A stretch of 64,000 nt of DNA, taken from assembly GCA_039026915.1 (NCBI GenBank), contig JBCCLJ010000006.1:5000-68999 (forward strand), given 5' to 3'. The translations under genes and the position numbers were made by a program. The notes under the pieces were generated by a model, which was not told the origin of the DNA, made no database searches, and worked only from the letters and a program-made list of their open reading frames with translations. Of the stretch, positions 25,512-34,480 are shown piece after piece (position 1 is the stretch's first letter; the number at the start of each line of letters is the position of its first letter). This stretch comes from Acidobacteriota bacterium. Its GTDB lineage: Bacteria > Acidobacteriota > Thermoanaerobaculia > Multivoradales > Multivoraceae.

Positions 25512-26036
25512 TCAAGAGGAGTCGCCCAGACGCATTCGCACGCGCCGCATCTGGCGCCAGCGCTCGAGCCGGCCGCTCAGGCGGCGACGCAGAATCACCA
25601 GAGCCAGGCCGAGAGCGCCCGAGGTGAGGACCCGAGCACCGACCCACAAGGGATCGGAAGGATTCGCCGCGTCGACGAACAGAAAGACCAGCAGCGCGCG
25701 GGCCGCCTCTTCCACTGCGACGCCGAGCGCGAAGAAGACACCGACGACCGACAGCTGCGTCGACTCGATCTGGAGCGCGACACGCGCCACGAAGTAGCCG
25801 GCCAGCGTGCCGGCAAAGCCGTTGAGTCCGAGCGGGCTCGAAGAGGCCAGATCGTGCACCAGGCCTGCCGCCATCCCGAAGAGAAGTCCGCCGGCGCTTC
25901 CCGAGCTCATGGCGAAGTAGACGAGAACCAGACCGAAGACGTCGGTGGCGCGCGCCGCCGAGGGGAAGACGCGGGTCAAGGTGACGTACACCACGAAAGC
26001 AGCGACGAGCGCCAGGAGAAAGCGGAGGACTCTCAC
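25512..26036 (-). CDS. mreD: Rod shape-determining protein MreD
   Basis: 174-aa polytopic membrane protein immediately after mreC (4-nt overlap). The call rests on position and hydrophobic profile. Confidence 0.8.
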   Translation of the reverse strand: MRVLRFLLALVAAFVVYVTLTRVFPSAARATDVFGLVLVYFAMSSGSAGGLLFGMAAGLVHDLASSSPLGLNGFAGTLAGYFVARVALQIESTQLSVVGVFFALGVAVEEAARALLVFLFVDAANPSDPLWVGARVLTSGALGLALVILRRRLSGRLERWRQMRRVRMRLGDSS

Positions 26037-26869
26037 TGAATGCCCTCGGGCAGCTCGGGCGCGCGCTCGAGTACGTAGACCTGCGTCAGCAGGCCGAAGT
26101 CGACCGCCGGCACGACGCGGACGCTGTGAAAGAGCTCACCGCCGTCGCTCACCTCCAGCACCTGGCCGACGGGAATGCCGCGTGAGTAGACGCCATCGAT
26201 GCCGGCCGTGACGACGCGATCGCCCGGCTGTACGCTCGCCTGCAGCGGTACGTAGTCGAGCGACAGGAAGCCGTCGAGGTCTCCACGCACGACGCCCTGG
26301 CGCCGCGTGCGACCGATCATCGAGCCGACGCTCGACGCGCGGTCGGTGATGAGCTGCACTCGAATGTGGTTGCCGCTGCGCGAGTAGACCCGACCGACGA
26401 GTCCTGCGTCCGTAGTCACCGGCGAACCGACGCCGAACTCCTCCGGAGCGGTCTCGGGCAGATAGGCGATCAAGCTCTTGCGGAAGGCGTTGTGATCGAC
26501 GAGGACGACGTCGGCGACGACCAGGTCTCCCTCGACCGGCGGCTCGTAGTCGACCGCTTCGAGCAGCAGATCGAGACGCTCTTCGATGCCCTGGAGGCGC
26601 GCGCGCTCCTGGCGCAGCCCCAGGACTTCGTCGCGCAGACGCTCGTTCTCACGACGCAGCGACGTCATGGTCTGTACGCGGGTGCGAAGATCCGTCGTTC
26701 GTTCCATCGAGCCCGATACGAGCTGCGCCACCGGTGCGGTGACACGCAGGAGTATTCCCTCCAGAGCGCTGGCGTCGTCGACCGTGCGATCCGGCACCTG
26801 AGCGCTGACCAGGCCCAGCTGCGCCAACAGAACGATGATCAGCAGTGCAACCGCGCGGCGCTCAGACAC
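26033..26869 (-). CDS. mreC: Rod shape-determining protein MreC
   Basis: N-terminal TM, coiled-coil 'LRRENERLRDEVLGLRQERARLQ', beta-rich C-terminus 'PGDRVVTAGIDGVYSRGIPVGQV'. Confidence 0.9.
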   Translation of the reverse strand: MSERRAVALLIIVLLAQLGLVSAQVPDRTVDDASALEGILLRVTAPVAQLVSGSMERTTDLRTRVQTMTSLRRENERLRDEVLGLRQERARLQGIEERLDLLLEAVDYEPPVEGDLVVADVVLVDHNAFRKSLIAYLPETAPEEFGVGSPVTTDAGLVGRVYSRSGNHIRVQLITDRASSVGSMIGRTRRQGVVRGDLDGFLSLDYVPLQASVQPGDRVVTAGIDGVYSRGIPVGQVLEVSDGGELFHSVRVVPAVDFGLLTQVYVLERAPELPEGIQ

Positions 26870-26937
26870 GTCGAAGCCCGCATTCGGCTGGCACGACGGC
26901 TGAGCGCACGGCCGACACTCTCGTCCTCAGTGCGTGC

Positions 26938-27969
26938 TCAGTGAATCTGGACCTTCCTCAGAAGGTCCATGTTCTCGAGCAGTTTTCCGGTGCCGAGCAC
27001 AACCGACGCGAGCGGATCCTCGGCCGGCACGACCGGCAGCCCGGTCTCGTCGCGGAGGCGCTGATCGAGGCTGCGCAACAGGGCGCCGCCGCCGGAGAGC
27101 ACGATGCCCTTGTCCATGATGTCGGCCGAGAGCTCGGGAGGAGTGCGCTCGAGGGCCATGCGGACGACTTCGACGATCGTCGAGACCGGTTCGGCGAGTG
27201 CCTCGCGAATCTCCTCGTCGCAGATCTCCTGTGTGCGTGGAACGCCTTCGACCAGGTCTCGACCCTTGATCTCGAGTCGCATCTCCTCCTTGAGAGGGTA
27301 GGCCGAGCCGATCTCGATCTTGATCTGCTCGGCCGAGCGTTCGCCGATCAGCAGGTTGTACTTGCGCTTCAGGTACTGGATGATCGCCGCGTCCATCTCG
27401 TTGCCGGCGACGCGCACCGAGCGCGAGTAGACGGTTCCGGACAGCGAAATGACGGCGACATCGGTCGTGCCGCCGCCGATGTCGACGACCATGTTGCCCG
27501 AGGGCTCGGTGATCGGTAGACCCGCTCCGATCGCCGCCATCATCGCCTGCTCGACGAGGAAGACCTCGGCTGCCCCGGCGCTCATTGCCGACTCTTTGAC
27601 GGCGCGCTTCTCGACCGGCGTGATCTCTGAAGGAACGCCAATGACGATGCGCGGCCGTGCCGGAAAGCGCCGTCCGCCGTGCGCTTGACGGATGAAGTAC
27701 TTGAGCATCTGCTCGGTGACTTCGAAGTCAGCGATGACGCCGTCCTTCATCGGGCGCACCGACTGCACGTTGCCGGGCGTACGACCGAGCATCTCCTTGG
27801 CCTCCTTGCCGACGGCCTCGATCCGGTTCGTGCGCTTGTTGATCACGACCATGGAGGGCTCGCGAACCACGATGCCGCCGCTGCGCGTGAAGACCAGAGT
27901 GTTCGCGGTGCCCAGATCGATCGCCAGGTCGTTGGAAAACCAGTTGAGGAAAAGAGATCGCATGGACAT
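26938..27969 (-). CDS. mreB: Actin-like rod shape-determining protein MreB
   Basis: 'DLAIDLGTANTLVF', 'NMVVDIGGGTTDVAVISL', 'GIVLSGGGALLRSLDQRLRDETGLPV'. Confidence 0.97.
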   Translation of the reverse strand: MSMRSLFLNWFSNDLAIDLGTANTLVFTRSGGIVVREPSMVVINKRTNRIEAVGKEAKEMLGRTPGNVQSVRPMKDGVIADFEVTEQMLKYFIRQAHGGRRFPARPRIVIGVPSEITPVEKRAVKESAMSAGAAEVFLVEQAMMAAIGAGLPITEPSGNMVVDIGGGTTDVAVISLSGTVYSRSVRVAGNEMDAAIIQYLKRKYNLLIGERSAEQIKIEIGSAYPLKEEMRLEIKGRDLVEGVPRTQEICDEEIREALAEPVSTIVEVVRMALERTPPELSADIMDKGIVLSGGGALLRSLDQRLRDETGLPVVPAEDPLASVVLGTGKLLENMDLLRKVQIH

Positions 27970-28059
27970 CGTCGGGTCTCGGAGAGCTCGGCAGCGCTCG
28001 GGTCGGGGTGGAACGCCCGCTCGGATTGGGGGCGGCTAGGCGGGTTGTACCACGGGGTC

Positions 28060-29604
28060 TCAGCTCTCGTCCACGTAGACCCAGCGGCGGGCCGTCGAAC
28101 TGTTGCCGGCGGCATCTCGCGCCCGGAACACGAGCGGCACCTGGCCGGTCTCGAAGACCACTTGAGACGTGGAAAAGGTGCCGTCGGCAGCGAGCTCGAT
28201 GGACTCGCCGTTGACCTCCAGTTTGGAGCCGGGCTCGCACCGCCCGGTGAGGATCGCGATGTTGCCGTTCATCACCACATCGACTTCGATCGTCGGCGGT
28301 ACGTCGTCGCCTTCGATCGCCAGATTGCGGAAAGAGGCGACGCGGAAGGTCCTCGGCTCACTCCAGGGCCCCAGCGTGCCGGAGGCGTTGTAGGCCGCAA
28401 CGCGCCAGCTGTAGCTGCCCTGCTCGGCCAAACCGAGCGTCGCCGCGGGCTGGATCCGCTGGTCCGTATCGATGATGTTGTCGCCGAAGAGGCGGCTGCG
28501 CGAGACCTGAAGTGCATAGCGCCGAGCGCCGGAGACCTCGCGCCAGGCGAGTTCCAAGCGATCGGTCGCGTCGATGTTCACCGTCTGGTTGTCCTCGGGC
28601 CGCTCGAGCAGAGCAAGGCCCGGCAGCGGCTGAATGTCGGAGAAGGTGTCCGCGGTGAGGCTGACCTGCTGCAGTTCTCCCAGCTGCCGCACCTCGCCGC
28701 TGGCGGCCGACGTGACGCTGGCCGTACCGCGACGCACGCGAACCCTCGAGGTGTTGCCGTCGTCATCGAGAGCGATCGAAGCGCTCGAGTTGACGCCCAC
28801 CTCGAGCTTCGAGGTTGGCGTGTCGACGCCGCTGCGCGCACCGGAGGTATCCAGAGCGACCCAGCCGTACTCGACGAAACCGAGGGAGGAGCCACTGCCG
28901 GGCCGCCGATCCGACAGCTTGATCAACGAGCCGGGACGCAGTGTGAAGCGCGCCTGCTCCTTGCGAAAGTGGATCTCAGCCGAAGCGCGGTTACCCGAGC
29001 GAACGTAGTCCCCCTCGGAAAGCAGCCCTTGGGGATAGGCCCTCTGGAACTCACCCTCTTCGCCCTTGCGGTAGCGCACGTCTCCCTCGATGCCGACGAA
29101 CCAGGCCACGGCTCCTTCAGCCCGCAGGCGGTTGCTGATGGAGTCGAAGTTCTCCCAGCTCTCTTCGGCAAGCGCGCTGGCGCGCACGAAGTCGCGGTCC
29201 TGCAGCGCCGAGGAGGCTTCGCCCAGGAGAGCCCTCCCCGTATCGAAGAGCGAGCGAAACTCGGTCAGGCCATCCTGACCGACGAGGGCATCGGAAGCAG
29301 TGCGTGCTCGCGACACCCACTCGTGTGCCTGCTGTTCGACCCGAAACTCACGCCACTGTCGGAATCCAAAGAAGAGACCGACGAGGGTCAGAACGAAGAC
29401 GGCGACGCCGAGCCAGAGCCGGACGCTCTCCACCGACAGCGTGTACCAGTCCTCCTGGCGGCGACTGCGTGGATTCGAGGGATTCGTACTCATGGCCGGA
29501 GCGTCGGTCGGGGGTCTGCGGCGAGGCGCCTTGCGCGCTGTGCCGAGAGTATCGTCGAAGATATCGAAGATCGTCTCTGGTTTGAAGGTCTGCGCCTCTT
29601 GCAA
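28060..29604 (-). CDS. Single-pass membrane protein with FecR-like, FN3-like and Ig-like domains
   Basis: TM 'LWLGVAVFVLTLVGLFFGF'. FecR-like 'GDYVRSGNRASAEIHFRKEQARFTLRPGSLIKL'. FN3-like 'YSWRVAAYNASGTLGPWSEPRTFRV'. An alternative start is ATG 29493 ('MSTNPS'). Confidence 0.72.
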   Translation of the reverse strand: MQEAQTFKPETIFDIFDDTLGTARKAPRRRPPTDAPAMSTNPSNPRSRRQEDWYTLSVESVRLWLGVAVFVLTLVGLFFGFRQWREFRVEQQAHEWVSRARTASDALVGQDGLTEFRSLFDTGRALLGEASSALQDRDFVRASALAEESWENFDSISNRLRAEGAVAWFVGIEGDVRYRKGEEGEFQRAYPQGLLSEGDYVRSGNRASAEIHFRKEQARFTLRPGSLIKLSDRRPGSGSSLGFVEYGWVALDTSGARSGVDTPTSKLEVGVNSSASIALDDDGNTSRVRVRRGTASVTSAASGEVRQLGELQQVSLTADTFSDIQPLPGLALLERPEDNQTVNIDATDRLELAWREVSGARRYALQVSRSRLFGDNIIDTDQRIQPAATLGLAEQGSYSWRVAAYNASGTLGPWSEPRTFRVASFRNLAIEGDDVPPTIEVDVVMNGNIAILTGRCEPGSKLEVNGESIELAADGTFSTSQVVFETGQVPLVFRARDAAGNSSTARRWVYVDES

Positions 29605-29730
29605 ACCCCAGAAAAATCAGGGGTCTGTCCTGCTTCGGACTGCTCGCCGCCGGTTGCCCGAACCTCGGAGCCGTTGGTACACTGCCGCTCTTCACCGACT
29701 CGCACTCCCACCCCCGCTGAGGGTTCCCCA

Positions 29731-31689
29731 ATGCTCAATGTCTTTCGCAACAATCTGAAGCGTTTCGCTCCGATCCTCTGGATCGTCATTGCGGTTTTCG
29801 TTCTCCTGGTCTTCACCGACTACTCGAACAACGACCGCGTCGGCTCCTCGGCCGACACCGCCGCCACGGTCGGCGACTACGACATCAGTTTCGCCGAGGT
29901 GCAGAACAGCTACAGCGCCTTGGAGCAGCAGTTCCGCGGAGCCTATGGAGAGGTCTTCGACCAGCTGAAGGATCAGCTGAATCTGCCGGTGCAAGCGGTG
30001 AACCGCGTCGTCGCCAACAAGATCCAGCGCGAAGACGCCGCAGCGCTCGGGCTCGGTGCGACTTCGGGCGAACTGCGCGAGCGGATCCTCCTGGACCCCG
30101 CCTTCCAGAACGAGACCGGCGGCTTCGTCGGTGAGGACGAGTACCGCCGCATCCTGCAGCGCAACCGCCTCTCGGTCGACGAGTTCGAGACCCGACAGCG
30201 GGAGTTCCTCGTCGAAAACAAATTCCGCACGATCCTCGCCGACACCGCCTGGGTCTCCGACAGCGATCTGGAGCAGAGCGCTCGCGACGATGCCGAGCGC
30301 GCCAAGGTTCGTTACGTCTCTCTCGACGGCTCGACGCTCGCCGACGAGGTCGAAGTGAGCGACGCCGACATCGCCACCTACTTCGACGAGAACCAGAGCG
30401 ACTACGAGCTCCCCGAGCGTCGCCGCGCCGCTTACCTGAGCGTCAACGTCAACAGCGTGCGCGCCGAGCTCGACATCCCCGACGAAGAAGTTCGCGCCTA
30501 CTTCGATGCGAACCCGGGCGAGTTCACCCAGGAAGAGCAGGTTCGCGCCCGCCACATCCTCCTCTTCGTCAACGAGGAGCGGACGGCAGACGAGGCGCGC
30601 GCCGAGCTCGAAGCGATCAAAGCACGCGTTGCCGCCGGTGAAGACTTCGGTGCGATTGCACAGCAGGTTTCGGAGGACGAAGCCTCCAAACCCCAGGGCG
30701 GCGACCTCGGCTTCTTCCCGCGCGGCCGGATGACCCAGCCCTTCGAGCTCGCCGCCTTCGGTGGCTCTCAAGGTGAGATCGTCGGGCCGATCGAGAATCA
30801 GCTCGGTGCCCGCACCGGATTCCACCTGATCGAGATCATCGCGCGGCGCGACGGCGGCGTTCAGCCCTACGAAGAGGTCTCCAACCGCATTCTCGTGCGC
30901 ATGCTCAACGAGCGCGCCCGCACCGAGGCGGAGAACCGCGCCCAGGCCCTCTCGACCCGCGTCGCCGGCTCGCCTCCGGTCGGTGAAGAGGCTCTTCGAG
31001 CCCTCGCCGAGGAAGAGGGCGTCGCGCTCGAGATTCTCGATCCCTTCGCACTCACCGACAATCTCCCCGGACTGGGACGGTCGACGCAGCTGGCCACGGC
31101 CCTCTTCGACGCCGAGACCGGCGCTCTCACGGAGCCGATCGAGCTGGCCAGCGGCTGGGCTCTCGGACAGGTCCTCGAGGTGCAGGAACCGCGGATCCCG
31201 GCCCTCGACGAAGTACGAGACGACGTGCGTGGCGCCCTGGTCGCCGAACGTCAGAACGACCTCGCGGAAGACCGTCTGGCGGCGGTACAGACGCGCCTCG
31301 CCGCGGAGGAGCTGACCTTCGACGAAGCCGCTGAGGAGCTCGGACTCGACGTGCAGGAGAGCAGCGAGTTCGGTGCTCTCGAGTCCTTTGCCGCCGTTCC
31401 GGGCGTCGACGATCTTGCCGAAGCGGCTCTGGCTCTCGACACCGGAGACATCGGCGGGCCGCTGCGCAGCGTCACAGGAGCGATGATCTTCGAGGTCAGC
31501 GAGCGCAAGCGCTTCGACCCGGTCGCCTTTGCTGCCAGCAAGAACACGACGAGCGAACAGGAGCGAGCGAATCGTACGGCAACGATCGTCGGCTCCTGGA
31601 TTCAGACGAAACTGGAAGACCTCGACGTGCGCTTCACGCCGCAGATGATCGAAATGTTCGATCTGGGCGGTCAGCTGGGCGACTCCTGA
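29731..31689 (+). CDS. ppiD: Membrane-anchored periplasmic chaperone / parvulin-type PPIase (PpiD-like)
   Basis: ATG 29731: 'MLNVFRNNLKRFAPILWIVIAVFVLLVF' (TM anchor). Parvulin domain 'VRARHILLFV...GGDLGFFPRGRMTQPFELAAF'. The listed 1336-aa ORF (27679..31689) is this gene fused in frame to 2 kb of antisense sequence. Confidence 0.85.
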   Translation: MLNVFRNNLKRFAPILWIVIAVFVLLVFTDYSNNDRVGSSADTAATVGDYDISFAEVQNSYSALEQQFRGAYGEVFDQLKDQLNLPVQAVNRVVANKIQREDAAALGLGATSGELRERILLDPAFQNETGGFVGEDEYRRILQRNRLSVDEFETRQREFLVENKFRTILADTAWVSDSDLEQSARDDAERAKVRYVSLDGSTLADEVEVSDADIATYFDENQSDYELPERRRAAYLSVNVNSVRAELDIPDEEVRAYFDANPGEFTQEEQVRARHILLFVNEERTADEARAELEAIKARVAAGEDFGAIAQQVSEDEASKPQGGDLGFFPRGRMTQPFELAAFGGSQGEIVGPIENQLGARTGFHLIEIIARRDGGVQPYEEVSNRILVRMLNERARTEAENRAQALSTRVAGSPPVGEEALRALAEEEGVALEILDPFALTDNLPGLGRSTQLATALFDAETGALTEPIELASGWALGQVLEVQEPRIPALDEVRDDVRGALVAERQNDLAEDRLAAVQTRLAAEELTFDEAAEELGLDVQESSEFGALESFAAVPGVDDLAEAALALDTGDIGGPLRSVTGAMIFEVSERKRFDPVAFAASKNTTSEQERANRTATIVGSWIQTKLEDLDVRFTPQMIEMFDLGGQLGDS

Positions 31690-31738
31690 TCCCCTTCAGG
31701 GCACCGGGCCACCGACTTCCCGTTCGCGGATCGCTTCC

Positions 31739-32365
31739 TTGATCGCGCACCTCCATGGGCGCGTCCTGGAGTTCGAGACGGATCGCCTCGTGCTCGACGT
31801 CGGCGGCGTCGGCTACGAGGTCCGCATTCCTCTGTCGACCTACTACGCACTGGCACCGAGTCGTCCCGACGGGCTGCCGGAAGGCGACGTCGCCCTCAAG
31901 ATCCACACGCACGTGCGCGAGGATGCCCTCGAGCTCTTCGGCTTCTTCACCGCCGAGGAGAAGGCGCTCTTCGAGAGACTCATCGCGGTCAGCGGGATCG
32001 GCCCGAAGCTCGCTCAGGTGGTGCTCTCCGGTATGGCGCCGCTCGAGGTGCTGCAGGCCCTCGCTGGCGGTGACGTGGCCACGCTCACCCGCATTCCCGG
32101 CATCGGCAAGAAGACGGCGGAGCGCATGGTCGTGGAGCTGCGCGACAAGGCCGGAGAGATGGTCGAGGAGGCCGGCGCCGAGCGTCCCACCGAGGGCGGC
32201 ACTCCAGCGGGCTCGCAAACCGACCTCGTTCTGGCGCTGGTCAACCTCGGCTACCGCCAGAACGTCGCCGAGCGCGCGGTGCAGAAGGTCGCCAAGGAGC
32301 TGGGAGAGGGCGCCTCCTTTCAGGATCTGCTGAAGCGCGCCCTGCAGAGCTTGTCGCGAGCCTAG
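31739..32365 (+). CDS. ruvA: Holliday junction helicase subunit RuvA
   Basis: TTG start. 'MIAHLHGRVLEFETDRLVLDVGGVGYEVRIPLSTY'. HhH motifs 'VSGIGPKLAQ' and 'IPGIGKKTAERM'. Confidence 0.93.
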   Translation: MIAHLHGRVLEFETDRLVLDVGGVGYEVRIPLSTYYALAPSRPDGLPEGDVALKIHTHVREDALELFGFFTAEEKALFERLIAVSGIGPKLAQVVLSGMAPLEVLQALAGGDVATLTRIPGIGKKTAERMVVELRDKAGEMVEEAGAERPTEGGTPAGSQTDLVLALVNLGYRQNVAERAVQKVAKELGEGASFQDLLKRALQSLSRA

Positions 32366-32413
32366 CGGCGCCCGCGGTAGGGCACCCTCGCCGGCCGCTA
32401 TGATGGCCTCACG

Positions 32414-33484
32414 ATGACCGTGACTGTCGACGACCCCTGGGACGACGAAGACTTGCCGGACGACGAAGATCGCGAGCTGCTCTCCGGGCAGGCGCATGCC
32501 GACGACCTCGGCGTCGAAGCGACGCTGCGGCCGCAGAGCATCGCCGACTACGTCGGCCAGAGCAAGATCACCGACAACCTCGAGGTGTTCATCCAAGCGG
32601 CGAAGGCGCGCGGTGAGTCGCTCGACCACGTGCTGCTCTTCGGGCCTCCGGGACTCGGCAAAACGACGCTCGCCAACATCGTTGCCCACGAGATGGGAGC
32701 GCCGCTGCGCTCGACCTCCGGACCGGTGCTCGAGCGCGCCGGCGACCTCGCGGCGATCCTCACCAACCTCGAACCGGGCGACGTGCTCTTCATCGACGAG
32801 ATCCACCGCCTCGGGCCGACGGTCGAGGAGATCCTCTATCCCGCCCTCGAGGACTTTCAGCTCGATCTCGTCATCGGACAGGGTGCGGGCGCCAAGACCT
32901 TCAAGATCGATTTGCCGCGCTTCACGCTCGTCGGCGCCACGACGCGGGCCGGCCTGATCACCGAGCCGCTGCGCGCTCGCTTTGGCATCGTCAACCGGCT
33001 CGACTTCTACTCGCCGGACGATCTCTGCAAGATCGTCCTGCGCTCGGCCGGCATTCTCGAAGTCGACATCGACGACGATGCGGCCGCAGAGCTGTCGCAG
33101 CGCAGCAGGGGCACGCCCCGCATCGCCAACCGCCTGCTGCGCCGCGTCCGCGACTTCGCTCAAGTCGCCCAGGAGACGCGCGTCAGCCTGGCAACGACCC
33201 GCCGTGCTCTCGAAGCTCTCGAAGTCGACCGCTTCGGCTTCGACGAGGTCGACCGCAAGATCCTGGGTACGCTCATCGAGCACTACGACGGAGGCCCGGC
33301 CGGCGTCAAAGCGCTCGCGGCGGCCGTCGGCGAGGATCAGGGCACGCTCGAAGATCTCTACGAGCCCTTTCTGATCCAAGAGGGCTTTCTGCAGCGCACG
33401 CGGCGCGGCCGCGTTGCGACTCGCCGCGCCTACGAGCATCTCGGCGTCCCATTCAACGGTCCCGAGTCGCCGCGACTCTTCTGA
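32414..33484 (+). CDS. ruvB: Holliday junction helicase subunit RuvB
   Basis: '[12 protein letters not shown]', Walker A '[11 protein letters not shown]', 'LFIDEIHRL', '[18 protein letters not shown]'. Confidence 0.97.
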   Translation: MTVTVDDPWDDEDLPDDEDRELLSGQAHADDLGVEATLRPQSIADYVGQSKITDNLEVFIQAAKARGESLDHVLLFGPPGLGKTTLANIVAHEMGAPLRSTSGPVLERAGDLAAILTNLEPGDVLFIDEIHRLGPTVEEILYPALEDFQLDLVIGQGAGAKTFKIDLPRFTLVGATTRAGLITEPLRARFGIVNRLDFYSPDDLCKIVLRSAGILEVDIDDDAAAELSQRSRGTPRIANRLLRRVRDFAQVAQETRVSLATTRRALEALEVDRFGFDEVDRKILGTLIEHYDGGPAGVKALAAAVGEDQGTLEDLYEPFLIQEGFLQRTRRGRVATRRAYEHLGVPFNGPESPRLF

Positions 33485-33489
33485 CCGGC

Positions 33490-34413
33490 GTGACGAACGC
33501 CGCGCTTCTCATCGCCAACCCACGGGCGGGCGGCGGCCGCTTCGTCGACGGTGAGCGACCCGGACCGCGACTCGAAGCCGTTGCGAGCGATCTGCGAGGC
33601 GCCGGCTTCGACCTCGAGGTGGCCGTGACGCGGCACGCCGAAGAGGCGAAGGAGCTCGCCGAGCGAGCCCGGGAGCAGCGACTCCACACCGTCTTCGCGC
33701 TCGGTGGAGACGGCACCTTCCGCGAGATCGCAAGTTCCCTCGTCGGTTCTTCGGTACACCTCGGCATCCTCGGAGGTGGCACGACGAACGTGCTGCCACT
33801 GTCGCTCGGACTTCCGCGCCTCGCGGGCCCGATGGCGAGTGCGCTCCGCCAGAGCTGGGCCTCCGCGAGACTCGACGTCGGCCGGCTGCGCGATGGCAAA
33901 GGGCGCGAGGAGCTCTTCCTGATGATGGTCTCGCGCGGTCTCGACGCGCGTGTGCTGGCGGCGACTCCGCCCGAGCGCAAACGCAGGCTCGGCCGGCTGG
34001 GCATCGGACTCACCGCGCTCGAGCACTGGGTCGGCAACGCCGAGGAGGCCATCGACGTCACCGTCGACGGAACCCAGGATCTTGCCCGCTTCGTCGCCGT
34101 GCAGAACATCCAGCACTACGGTGGTCGACGTCGCATGGCCCCTGGCGCCCTGCCAGACGACGGACTCTTCGACGTCGTCTCGCTCGAGACTTCCGGGCGG
34201 CTTGCGCTTCTCCGCTTCGCGGCGGGAGTGTTGACGACGACGCATCCGCGCCTGCACGATGTCGAGCTGAGACCCGCGAGCGTCGTCCATTTCGGCGGTT
34301 GCGGACCAGGCGCGCTGCAGGTCGACGGCGACCCGCTGACGCTCGAGCTTCCCGTTCGCGTCGACCTCCTCCCGAGGGCGATCTCCTGGCTTCGACCCAA
34401 GTCTGTCGAGTGA
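33490..34413 (+). CDS. Diacylglycerol/lipid kinase family protein (YegS/BmrU-like)
   Basis: GTG start 5 nt after ruvB. 'LLIANPRAGGG' and catalytic 'FALGGDGTFREI'. Confidence 0.83.
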   Translation: MTNAALLIANPRAGGGRFVDGERPGPRLEAVASDLRGAGFDLEVAVTRHAEEAKELAERAREQRLHTVFALGGDGTFREIASSLVGSSVHLGILGGGTTNVLPLSLGLPRLAGPMASALRQSWASARLDVGRLRDGKGREELFLMMVSRGLDARVLAATPPERKRRLGRLGIGLTALEHWVGNAEEAIDVTVDGTQDLARFVAVQNIQHYGGRRRMAPGALPDDGLFDVVSLETSGRLALLRFAAGVLTTTHPRLHDVELRPASVVHFGGCGPGALQVDGDPLTLELPVRVDLLPRAISWLRPKSVE

Positions 34414-34480
34414 CGCGTCGGCGCTCTGAAGGTCGCTGGAGCTGTAGTACTCTTGCGCACCCCAAGGAGCCCGTCTTTCC

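Noticed and set aside
23509-25797. 762-aa plus-strand ORF
   Set aside because: Antisense to mrdA and mreD, which have clear PBP2 motifs (SxxK, KTG). It is a typical high-GC shadow ORF.
27679-31689. 1336-aa plus-strand ORF, the longest in the track
   Set aside because: It is a chimera. Its first ~2 kb is antisense to mreB and the FecR-domain gene and translates to low-complexity Arg/Gly/Ala-rich sequence. Recognisable protein (TM anchor, parvulin domain) begins only at ATG 29731, which I call ppiD.
31634-33439. 601-aa minus-strand ORF
   Set aside because: Antisense to ruvA/ruvB. No motifs.
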